The notes below the pieces were generated by a model that saw only the letters and a program-made list of their open reading frames with translations, searched no databases and was not told the origin of the DNA. Positions 56,532 through 64,000 of a stretch of 64,000 nt of DNA are shown in pieces. The number at the start of each line of letters is the position of its first letter. Within the stretch, counting starts at the first letter, position 1. This DNA is from Candidatus Latescibacterota bacterium (GTDB lineage: Bacteria > Latescibacterota > UBA2968 > GCA-2709665), in the NCBI GenBank assembly GCA_965205485.1, contig OZ242180.1:4032001-4096000 (forward strand), in the 5' to 3' direction. Position numbers and translations under genes: made by a program.

Positions 56532-57203
56532 ATGATGCCCAGCGCCCCGATCGCCGAGTCTGAGCACCTGACCATCGAACAAGCCGCGAATTTGCTGAAA
56601 GTGACCACGAAAACGGTCCGAAACTACATCGATCGGGAATATCTGACGGCCCGGAAGTGGAATGGCGCGTGGAGAATCCCGAAGGGAAATATATTAGAAA
56701 TTTACAGGAAAAAATATGGAAAAACTCTGGAGCGTGAAAGGCTGGAAGGACTCCGGAACGAGTCTTTCGTTCAGCTCGATCGTGGCGACTACGACCGGTT
56801 GCAGCAGCGAATCGGAAAACTGGATGGCGTCGAGCGGGCGCTGGCGGAACGCACGGCCGAAATCAAGGCGATGAACGAACGGCAGGCCCAGCTCGAAGGC
56901 TCGTCCGCATCCGGATGGACCGAAGCGCGAAAATACAAGGATGACGTTGAACGAATGCGCGAAAATCTCCGGGCGGCGGAAAAAGCCCGCGAGGAGGCGG
57001 CTTTATCTGCGCATTGGCTCAGAAAAGAACTCGGCCGGCTCGGGGAAGAGCGCAAATCCCTGAGAGAAAAGAACAAGGTACTCGAAAACAGCTGTGAGGC
57101 ATTCAAAGAAGACCTGGCAGGCAAAAACCGGGAAATAGGACGCCTGAAGACCGAATTATCCGCTCTACAGAACAAAAACGATAAAAATAAGCCTTTCGAG
57201 TAG
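56532..57203 (+). CDS. Xis/MerR-like HTH protein with long C-terminal coiled coil
   Basis: LTIEQAANLLKVTTKTVRNYI...WRI; heptad-rich E/K/R/L C-terminal two thirds; more A-rich than neighbours. Confidence 0.8.
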   Translation: MMPSAPIAESEHLTIEQAANLLKVTTKTVRNYIDREYLTARKWNGAWRIPKGNILEIYRKKYGKTLERERLEGLRNESFVQLDRGDYDRLQQRIGKLDGVERALAERTAEIKAMNERQAQLEGSSASGWTEARKYKDDVERMRENLRAAEKAREEAALSAHWLRKELGRLGEERKSLREKNKVLENSCEAFKEDLAGKNREIGRLKTELSALQNKNDKNKPFE

Positions 57204-57247
57204 AACAACGCCGGAAAACGGGAAACAACCCTGTCTTGAGAGCATCA

Positions 57248-57275
57248 AGTTTACATAATATATCTTATACCGGTT
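57248..57275 (-). other. dif-like XerC/XerD recombination site
   Basis: Minus strand AACCGGTATAA-GATATA-TTATGTAAACT, 11-6-11 layout. Confidence 0.75.
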
Positions 57276-57326
57276 TTGGTCGGGTTCAACCGGAAATGGA
57301 ATACGGCAACTGTTGCGTGTGATTTT

Positions 57327-60300
57327 TCACGTCGAGAGATCGAGTAACGCGATCCCCCGTCCAGTGGCGCACATGAACCCGCCTCCCGCCGCGGCGAGTG
57401 ACGTGACGTTCTCGGGCATTTCCAAGGAGCCCTGGCAGCATCCCTCGACGTCGTACGTCCGGATCTCCTGGCGGTCGGCGGCGACGGCGATTGTGCCGCC
57501 TGACTCGGCTAGCGCGTGGATCCACTGCGCTTCGTGGCGCTGCCATTTAAGATTGCCGCTGAAATCGAACCCGTAGAGCCCGCCGAATTCGCACGCCGCA
57601 ATCAGTACGTCGTCCAGGACGACGAGCCCCGTGATTTCCCCCACCAGGTTGATATGCCACAGCTCCGCGCCGTCCTGGGGTTTGACGGCATAGATCCAAC
57701 CGTCCTCAGTACCGTAAACGACCTCCAGAACGCCGTCGCGGTCCAGGTCGCACAGCACCAACTGTTTCAGACCGATGCCGCGCCTGGGCGTTGTGGCGTT
57801 GCCGTGCGATCCGACCTGCTCGAACGTGGACCAGCGAAACGATCCGTCGAAATTGTGTACGGTCAGCGGCGTGTAATATTCCGTGCCCGCCAGAACCTCG
57901 GCCCTGCCGTCGCCGTCCACGTCGGCCGCTTTCAGCGCGGTGATGGCGTGGTATCGAAACCACTCGGCCCATTTGGGACTCCCGTCGTTCGCAAAGACGT
58001 TGACGAACCATCCCTCGGTACCGGCAAGCACGCTCAGGTCGCCGTTTCCCTCCAGGTCCGCAACCGCGATGCCGGAAACCCGCGTGCCGCGATTGAACAT
58101 ATTCGCCATCGGGCGCCGCCACCGTTCCGCACCGGAATTCCCTTCCAGGACAATCAGTTGCGAGTCCTCGGTTCCCACCATGGCTTCCGGATTCCCGTCG
58201 CCGTCGATATCCGATATAAGCACACGGCTGGCGCCGCCTTCCGCGTCGACCGGCGCGGTCCAGTCCGCCTCGCCGGTGGCCTCCAGCAGGCAGGAGACCT
58301 CCCCGCCATGAGCCAGAAGCAATCGGTCTTCGGCTGAGACGGAGACGTCCCGGACTTCGGCAGGGAACGTGCGGCGCCATCGTTCGGTCAGCCCACCGGA
58401 AGCCGGCCGGGGACGTGGTGGCGGCTTCGTGGCCGGGGCTTCTCGCGCGGAACGGATCGCCGCTGCAAGTTCCGCTTGATCCTGCGCGTGTTCGGACCTG
58501 TCGACCTCTCGTCCGGCCAGCCGTTCGATGCCGTGTGCAACGACCTGGTCTCCACGGACGAGGCACCCGAACATGCTTCCGGAAAGCTGAAGACCATCCA
58601 GTTCCAGGTCTCCGGCGCCCAACAGCGTGACTTCGTCTCCATCCGTTACCCTTACCGCGTCAGGACCGATTCTCTCGATGCGAACGCCAGAATCCGGGGT
58701 GAGCAGATTCATAAAGGTAACTGACGTTCCCGCGTCGAGGGCACACGCCGTTCGCTGATGCAGTACGGAAATCGTCCCGTCCGAAAAAGGGTAGCTCCCC
58801 CATCGGCTCTTGACGTGCGGATCCGGAACGATCTCCTGCCGTGCGCCGTTCGCGTTACGGATGTGAAACCGCTCTCCCTCCTGTAAGATGTGTACCCCGC
58901 CGGCATCGAGCGCCGTGTCCCCCACCGTTCGCCACAGGCACTGCAGACGATACTCCCCCGCTTCAATGCAGCGCAGCCGGTCCATGACCACCATGTATCG
59001 ACCCTTGCGCCAGAAAATGTCCCGCTGCCAGTCCACGCCGTTGTATCCCGTGGCTTCGGAACGGAGCGTGGCGAGCTCCGCGCCGTCATTGCTGATGCTC
59101 AAGGATGCCAGAGGTGGAATGACCACGCCGTCACCCGGCGATTTGAGAACCCCGACGCCGTCGCGCATCACCGTAACGGAATTGTGAAACCTGGGCGCCG
59201 CGCGGATGTAATCCCCGTCCGCCAGCCAGGCCCTGTTGTTCCAGGTCAGCCGGACGATCGCATTGGTATCCTCGTGTCCGTGGCAGGTCGTGCCGATGCC
59301 TTCCAGCAGCATGTACTCGCCCCGGGGATCGAAATCACGGCGCAGGGACAATTTGTCGAAATACCGTTTGCCGGGTTCCGGATGATGCGCCTCCGGCGTG
59401 TATCGACGCACCCAGGACAGCACGGCATCGGGCATATCCATCACGCAGATTCCAAGCAGGTCGCGGGGCGCTTCCGGCGCGCACCCTTCAATGGCGAAGC
59501 CGTCGCCGACGAAATCGACCGCGGAATAGAGACCGTGCAGCGCCCGGTCCGGCGGAGGCCGTTTCCCCTCTCCAAGCCAGTTCAATGTCCAGAGGTGCCC
59601 GGGGTCCGGACGATGCCAGGTCGAGACCATCAACGGCCAGAGGCGCGCTTCCCAACCGTCCGCGGAGAACCGGGAATATCCGGAAGTATCGCCGTAACCG
59701 CATTCGCCGCGCATATTGTCGGTAGTGACAACGGCCAGTTTGCACAGATCCGCCACGTGGCCACCGGTAATGTAACGGTCGTCGCCGCGGTACAGAAAAT
59801 AGTTGAGCGTCTCCTGGGGAACGTGCCAGACATACCCCACTCCCCCATCGTCATCCGGCTTGTAGCAATCCACCTGACCATCGAATATGCGGCTTGCGAT
59901 CTCATTCGCCCGCCGAAACTCCCGGATGCCGTGCCGTCTGGTCATGTAGTCGCCGCCCACCGCCAGGTTCAACCCGATGAACGTCGTGTGGTTCTGCCGG
60001 ATTTCACCCGGAGGATTCACTTCCTCCGAGACGTACGAGAGTTCCATAAGATGTCTCAGCAATTCGCCGAACATCGTGACGGCCCCCCGGCGGTCTTCAT
60101 CGCTGAACACGGGGTTGTCTTCCGCCAGGTCCCACAGGTGGATGTAGAGGTGCAGGTTGAAGAAACAGTGGTAGGCCTCCGGATGCGCGCGGCACTCCGC
60201 CCGCCACGGTTCTATCGATCCCTTCAGGATTTCCACCGCCGCTCGCGCCCAGACCGGATGATCGGTCAGATAGTGATGCCAGAGATAGGACAGCAGGTTG

Positions 60301-60869
60301 CCGCCGCGGAAGGGAGAGGCCGACCATCCCGTTCCCCAGATCTTCAGATCGTCCTTGACCATCCGGTCTTTCTCCGAAGCATCCGGCAGGCGCGGGAGTC
60401 CATGGACTGAAGACGCGGCGTGGACGCGATTCAGAATGCCGCTGCCGGCCGAGACGATGTCCCGCAGGACCTCGAGAGCCGCCTCCAGTCCCTCGCGGGA
60501 GCTGGCGCCCGCGACAATGCAATTGCGGCCGTAACCGAACGGGTCTGAAATGGATTTGACCAGATAGCCGTTCGCACCCGGGAAATGGGTATCCACAAAA
60601 CAACACCGGGCGGTATACAATCGCTGGATCGCCCGGTTATTTGCCAGATTTCCGCAGGCAATGACGTGTTTTTCACGGAACATCGCCGGTTGGAAATATC
60701 GCTGGGTGATCGTTTCAGGTGGTCGACCCACCTTCCCCACCGCGTTGCGAACGCCGGCGACGGCGGAATGACGCTCCATGTCGTCCGGGACCACCAGCAC
60801 GACGTCGTCGGCCAGGTCGGTCGGCTGAAACTCACGCGACCGGGTCATTTTCAGCTCCGGGCGCGTCAT
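57327..60869 (-). CDS. Large heparinase II/III-like protein with C-terminal FG-GAP/PQQ-type beta-propeller
   Basis: QNHT, HGHEDTN, FHNSVTV; DxDGDG-type repeats (DIDGDG, DLEGNG, DVDGDG, DLDRDG); no signal peptide seen. Confidence 0.7.
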   Translation of the reverse strand: MTRPELKMTRSREFQPTDLADDVVLVVPDDMERHSAVAGVRNAVGKVGRPPETITQRYFQPAMFREKHVIACGNLANNRAIQRLYTARCCFVDTHFPGANGYLVKSISDPFGYGRNCIVAGASSREGLEAALEVLRDIVSAGSGILNRVHAASSVHGLPRLPDASEKDRMVKDDLKIWGTGWSASPFRGGNLLSYLWHHYLTDHPVWARAAVEILKGSIEPWRAECRAHPEAYHCFFNLHLYIHLWDLAEDNPVFSDEDRRGAVTMFGELLRHLMELSYVSEEVNPPGEIRQNHTTFIGLNLAVGGDYMTRRHGIREFRRANEIASRIFDGQVDCYKPDDDGGVGYVWHVPQETLNYFLYRGDDRYITGGHVADLCKLAVVTTDNMRGECGYGDTSGYSRFSADGWEARLWPLMVSTWHRPDPGHLWTLNWLGEGKRPPPDRALHGLYSAVDFVGDGFAIEGCAPEAPRDLLGICVMDMPDAVLSWVRRYTPEAHHPEPGKRYFDKLSLRRDFDPRGEYMLLEGIGTTCHGHEDTNAIVRLTWNNRAWLADGDYIRAAPRFHNSVTVMRDGVGVLKSPGDGVVIPPLASLSISNDGAELATLRSEATGYNGVDWQRDIFWRKGRYMVVMDRLRCIEAGEYRLQCLWRTVGDTALDAGGVHILQEGERFHIRNANGARQEIVPDPHVKSRWGSYPFSDGTISVLHQRTACALDAGTSVTFMNLLTPDSGVRIERIGPDAVRVTDGDEVTLLGAGDLELDGLQLSGSMFGCLVRGDQVVAHGIERLAGREVDRSEHAQDQAELAAAIRSAREAPATKPPPRPRPASGGLTERWRRTFPAEVRDVSVSAEDRLLLAHGGEVSCLLEATGEADWTAPVDAEGGASRVLISDIDGDGNPEAMVGTEDSQLIVLEGNSGAERWRRPMANMFNRGTRVSGIAVADLEGNGDLSVLAGTEGWFVNVFANDGSPKWAEWFRYHAITALKAADVDGDGRAEVLAGTEYYTPLTVHNFDGSFRWSTFEQVGSHGNATTPRRGIGLKQLVLCDLDRDGVLEVVYGTEDGWIYAVKPQDGAELWHINLVGEITGLVVLDDVLIAACEFGGLYGFDFSGNLKWQRHEAQWIHALAESGGTIAVAADRQEIRTYDVEGCCQGSLEMPENVTSLAAAGGGFMCATGRGIALLDLST

Positions 60870-61546
60870 CCGGCACGACCCATCTGCTTGAGCTCCTCCT
60901 CGGCGCTTCGCGCAACCGGACTCCTGGCATAACGGTCCAGGATACGCTGCAGCAGCATTCCGGCCTGATCTGAGTCTCCCGATATTCTATAGCAGCGCGC
61001 GGCCTCCATGAGCGCGTTGGGCGCGAACGGGGAGTCCACGAATTCGTCGGCGAACGACAGGTATCTGGCCGCCGCGCCGGACGGATCGCCCAGTTCCTCC
61101 ATTGCGGCCGCAATACCGGACCAGGCGCTGTACCTCGCGGGCCCCGTTGCACCAAAGTCCTGCAGGTATTTCTCGAATGCAGCCTGTGCCTCCGCGTAGC
61201 GTCCGGTCTCGAAATAGAGGCCGCCCGCCAACTGAAGCGCCCGCCCCGCCGCGGCGTCGCCGCCATAGGCTTCCGCAATGCGTTCCGCATCCAGAATGGC
61301 ATCGTCGACCTGCCCCTGGAGCAACAATACCCGGACCCGGCCCTCCGCCTCCACGGCCTCCCTGGCCTGGGCGTCCATCTGGTGCATCACGAATACGCCG
61401 AGCAGGACCAGGACAACCACCCCGGCGCCGAAAACCAGCACCCGGACATAGTTCTCTTCCACATAAGCCCATGCCGCCAGTACTCTGTTGACAAACTCGT
61501 CCTGCCTGAGTTCCCGTCTGGTCATCCGTCCCCGCGTACCCTGCAT
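60866..61546 (-). CDS. Membrane-anchored TPR protein (YfgM-like)
   Basis: RRELRQDEF, single TM, TPR helices; ATG 61546 after GGAGG; 4-nt overlap with next gene. Confidence 0.8.
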   Translation of the reverse strand: MQGTRGRMTRRELRQDEFVNRVLAAWAYVEENYVRVLVFGAGVVVLVLLGVFVMHQMDAQAREAVEAEGRVRVLLLQGQVDDAILDAERIAEAYGGDAAAGRALQLAGGLYFETGRYAEAQAAFEKYLQDFGATGPARYSAWSGIAAAMEELGDPSGAAARYLSFADEFVDSPFAPNALMEAARCYRISGDSDQAGMLLQRILDRYARSPVARSAEEELKQMGRAG

Positions 61547-61768
61547 CTGGCTTTCCTCCATTCCAAAACAGCGTGAGATGAATCTATGTCAATTCCCTAC
61601 TGTACCAGAAGTCGTAAATATAGGTATTTTCCAGGCGCCGGCCAAGCGAAAGACGGGTACCGCCGACCATTCCGATTTCCCGGCGGAATCGACGGACCGC
61701 GCAAACTTCCGGCCGCTGTTGACCCCGGCAGGCAGCTGCCGGACCCGTGAGGATTTCGTGCCGGGCTC

Positions 61769-61797
61769 TTGACGAAATGTAAAAGATTGCCCATATT
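61769..61797 (+). promoter_or_regulatory. Probable promoter for diadenylate cyclase gene
   Basis: TTGACG-17-CATATT. Confidence 0.5.
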
Positions 61798-61838
61798 TCG
61801 GGCCGGTGGGTATACGAGTCATTCGAATCCATTCCATA

Positions 61839-62000
61839 GAAGTTGTTTTAAAATTACCGGTGAGTTCCCGAGCGCGAGCGAAAAAGTGGCGGTCAAGGCG
61901 GGAAAACCCGCCCATATTTGTCTATACGGGTGGGTTTGACCAACGCCGACCGGCGCTTTTGCAGCCGTGCGAAGACCGCTGTGGATTTTAAAACAGCTTC
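61839..62000 (+). mobile_element. MITE-like element family A, copy 3 (short core)
   Basis: TIR 15/17; ATA/ATA flanking duplication; arms match copies 1 and 2. Confidence 0.8.
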
Positions 62001-62034
62001 ATAGACTGAACTTGACAGCCGGGATTCCCTGACA

Positions 62035-63177
62035 ATGGCGCTGCAGGAGATCACATTTGCGGATCTGGTGGATGTAGCGGTCGTCGGTGTCCTGTTCTGG
62101 GGCCTGCTGGCCTGGACGCGGAGGATGCACGCGCGAATGTCCCTTATCGGGCTGGGGTTTCTGGGCGCATTCTATCTTCTGGCGCGGCAGTTCGAGTTGC
62201 AGCTGACGGCGTGGATATTCCAGGGTTTTTTCGCGGTGCTGGTTGTGCTGCTTGTCGTTGTGTTTCAGGACGACCTGAGGCGGCTCTTCGAACAGATTGC
62301 CGCACTGGGCCTGGGCAGACGGATATCGCGGCCCCGCGGAGGCAGTCTGGCGGTGCTGGTTCGTGCGATGCATCAGGTGGCGGCGAAGCGGCGGGGCGCC
62401 CTCGTGGTCCTGCCCGGGCGGGAGCCGCTGGACAGGCTCCTGCAGGGCGGGATAGACCTCCAGGCGACCATCAGTGAGGAACTGATCGACAGCCTGTTCG
62501 GCACGTCGTCGGCGGGCCACGACGGGGCCCTGGTGATGAGGGAAGACAGACTGGAACGATTCGCCGTATATCTGCCGCTTTCGGAAAATCGGGCCGAACT
62601 CGGGCCGGGAGGTACCCGCCATGCCGCCGCGCTCGGGCTGGCCGAGCGCAGCGATGCCCTGTGTCTGGTTGTTTCCGAGGAGCGCGGCACCATCGCCGTG
62701 GCGCTTCAGGGGCGACTGGAGGTTGTCAACGACCCTGACGAACTGCTTGCCAGATTGCAGGAACACGCGCAGCACGTGGTCGCCGGCGGACGGAAGAACG
62801 GACGGAGCCGGCTGGTCCGGCGACTTGCGGAAGGGTTGCTCTCATTCGTACTGGCGTTCGGCGCATGGGTGTTCCTGGTGCCCGGCGCGGCGGTCCAGGA
62901 AACGACTTACGAAGTGGCCGTCGGCGTGGAGAATCTGCCGGGCGGCTACGCGCTGAAGGGTGTCATGCCCCCCGTTGTGAACGTGACCGTGAAGGGCCCG
63001 CGTCGCGCCGTGTTGCTGGCGCCCTCGGACGACTTCCAGCTCGTAATCGATGCCAACTACGTGAGGATCGGACGCAGGACCTTCGAGTTCGGCATCGAGT
63101 CGATCAGGCACGGGACGGAGCTGACCGTCGTAAACGTGGAGCCCCGCAAGGTCCGGCTGGATGTACGGAAGGAATAG
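62035..63177 (+). CDS. Diadenylate cyclase (CdaA-type) fused to a TM and YbbR-like domain
   Basis: Three TM, FQDDLRR, HDGA, GTRHAAA, VVSEERG, then TM and PPVVNVTVKGP...VEPRKV. Confidence 0.85.
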   Translation: MALQEITFADLVDVAVVGVLFWGLLAWTRRMHARMSLIGLGFLGAFYLLARQFELQLTAWIFQGFFAVLVVLLVVVFQDDLRRLFEQIAALGLGRRISRPRGGSLAVLVRAMHQVAAKRRGALVVLPGREPLDRLLQGGIDLQATISEELIDSLFGTSSAGHDGALVMREDRLERFAVYLPLSENRAELGPGGTRHAAALGLAERSDALCLVVSEERGTIAVALQGRLEVVNDPDELLARLQEHAQHVVAGGRKNGRSRLVRRLAEGLLSFVLAFGAWVFLVPGAAVQETTYEVAVGVENLPGGYALKGVMPPVVNVTVKGPRRAVLLAPSDDFQLVIDANYVRIGRRTFEFGIESIRHGTELTVVNVEPRKVRLDVRKE

Positions 63178-63192
63178 GTCTGGCAACCACCC

Positions 63193-63915
63193 CTACGAAG
63201 ATACCAGCCGCTCCCTGGATTCCATCTTGCGAAGGCCGGCATAGAGCAGCAGACCCGACAGCAGCGCCACCGCCAGGCGATTCAGCAACACCCGGTCGCC
63301 CCACAACGTGTCTTCCATGCCCACCGGTGGATCGAAACTTTCCAGAAAGAGCACGAACGGTGAGTCGGGCATTGACTGCGAGGCTACCAGCGTCAGGCCC
63401 ATCACGCCCGTGGCGAGCATGGCGGCCGCGTTTCCGCTTCGACAGAGAACGGAAAAGTAAAACGTGAGCCCCGCGGCGAAGCACGCCGGCAGAAAGGCGT
63501 TCAACCCGCCCCGGAGGATCGGCAGTTCCGCGAAGAAATAGTAGGCGACAACCGTCATACCCATAAGCGTTCCCGCAAGCACCAGATAGACGCCCACCAT
63601 TCGAATCGTCCAGATCCGGTAGTGCGACGAGGTTGTGCTGAACAACGTCTCCAGTGTATTCCTGTCACGTTCGCCCGCGACGAGATCCATCGTCAGATAG
63701 ATGGCCAGTGCGATGCCGGGAATCTCAACCAGAACATGGAGCGCCTTCGATACGCCGAATCCTTCGTCGGGACGCCACACCGCGAATGCGTACATGGCGG
63801 CGTAATAGACCAGGATGCCCATGGCCATGAATATCAGCTTCCTGTGAAAGATGATCCTGCAGCTCAGCCGGTAGAGCCGCCACGTGGTCAACAGCAGTTC
63901 CCGCCAGTTCAGCAC
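63193..63915 (-). CDS. ABC transporter permease
   Basis: Six TM, ERDRNTLETLF motif. Confidence 0.75.
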   Translation of the reverse strand: MLNWRELLLTTWRLYRLSCRIIFHRKLIFMAMGILVYYAAMYAFAVWRPDEGFGVSKALHVLVEIPGIALAIYLTMDLVAGERDRNTLETLFSTTSSHYRIWTIRMVGVYLVLAGTLMGMTVVAYYFFAELPILRGGLNAFLPACFAAGLTFYFSVLCRSGNAAAMLATGVMGLTLVASQSMPDSPFVLFLESFDPPVGMEDTLWGDRVLLNRLAVALLSGLLLYAGLRKMESRERLVSS

Positions 63916-64000
63916 GGCTGACCCTCCCCTCCGCCAAGCAGGTAAAGATACGCGTCTTCCAGGGTTGGATCCACGCGCTGCGCGCCGATGCCGGCCGGCG
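63909..64000 (-). CDS. ABC transporter ATP-binding protein, C-terminal end (truncated by window edge)
   Basis: Hand translation ...QRVDPTLEDAYLYLLGGGEGQPC*, a typical ABC ATPase C-terminal motif. Confidence 0.7.
   Translation of the reverse strand, partial: PAGIGAQRVDPTLEDAYLYLLGGGEGQPC

Overview
GC-rich bacterial chromosomal window with no CRISPR array, rRNA, integrase or transposase. Diderm features (an outer-membrane beta-barrel) and gene order suggest an FCB-group lineage such as Latescibacterota/Gemmatimonadota (inference only). Most genes from 1 to 55 kb are on the + strand: a xanthine-dehydrogenase-family molybdoenzyme operon with two tandem large subunits and a MoaD ending GG-L; ychF; folE; class I aldolase; PBP1A; a tightly packed DUF3500-rtcB-COG0523 GTPase-archease-mobA operon; udgB/hpt; a PL17-like lyase; mutL-miaA-tRNA-Gly(CCC) followed by accessory genes; DUF512-der; the rimP-nusA-infB-rbfA-truB-ribF-rpsO-pnp cluster; asnS; leuS. 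Most genes after 55 kb point left. Most notable observations: (1) an RtcB/archease RNA-ligase operon with a metallochaperone GTPase between the two, plus a -1 slippery heptamer at the rtcB stop that would fuse RtcB to the GTPase; (2) MutL with three endonuclease/Zn-ligand residues substituted; (3) a 28-bp dif-like XerCD site at 57248-57275 beside an AT-rich HTH/coiled-coil gene, near where gene orientation converges; (4) three copies of a MITE-like element with conserved arms and swappable hairpin cores, plus an element nested within an element between asnS and leuS. All functional calls come from motif recognition by eye; no database search was run.
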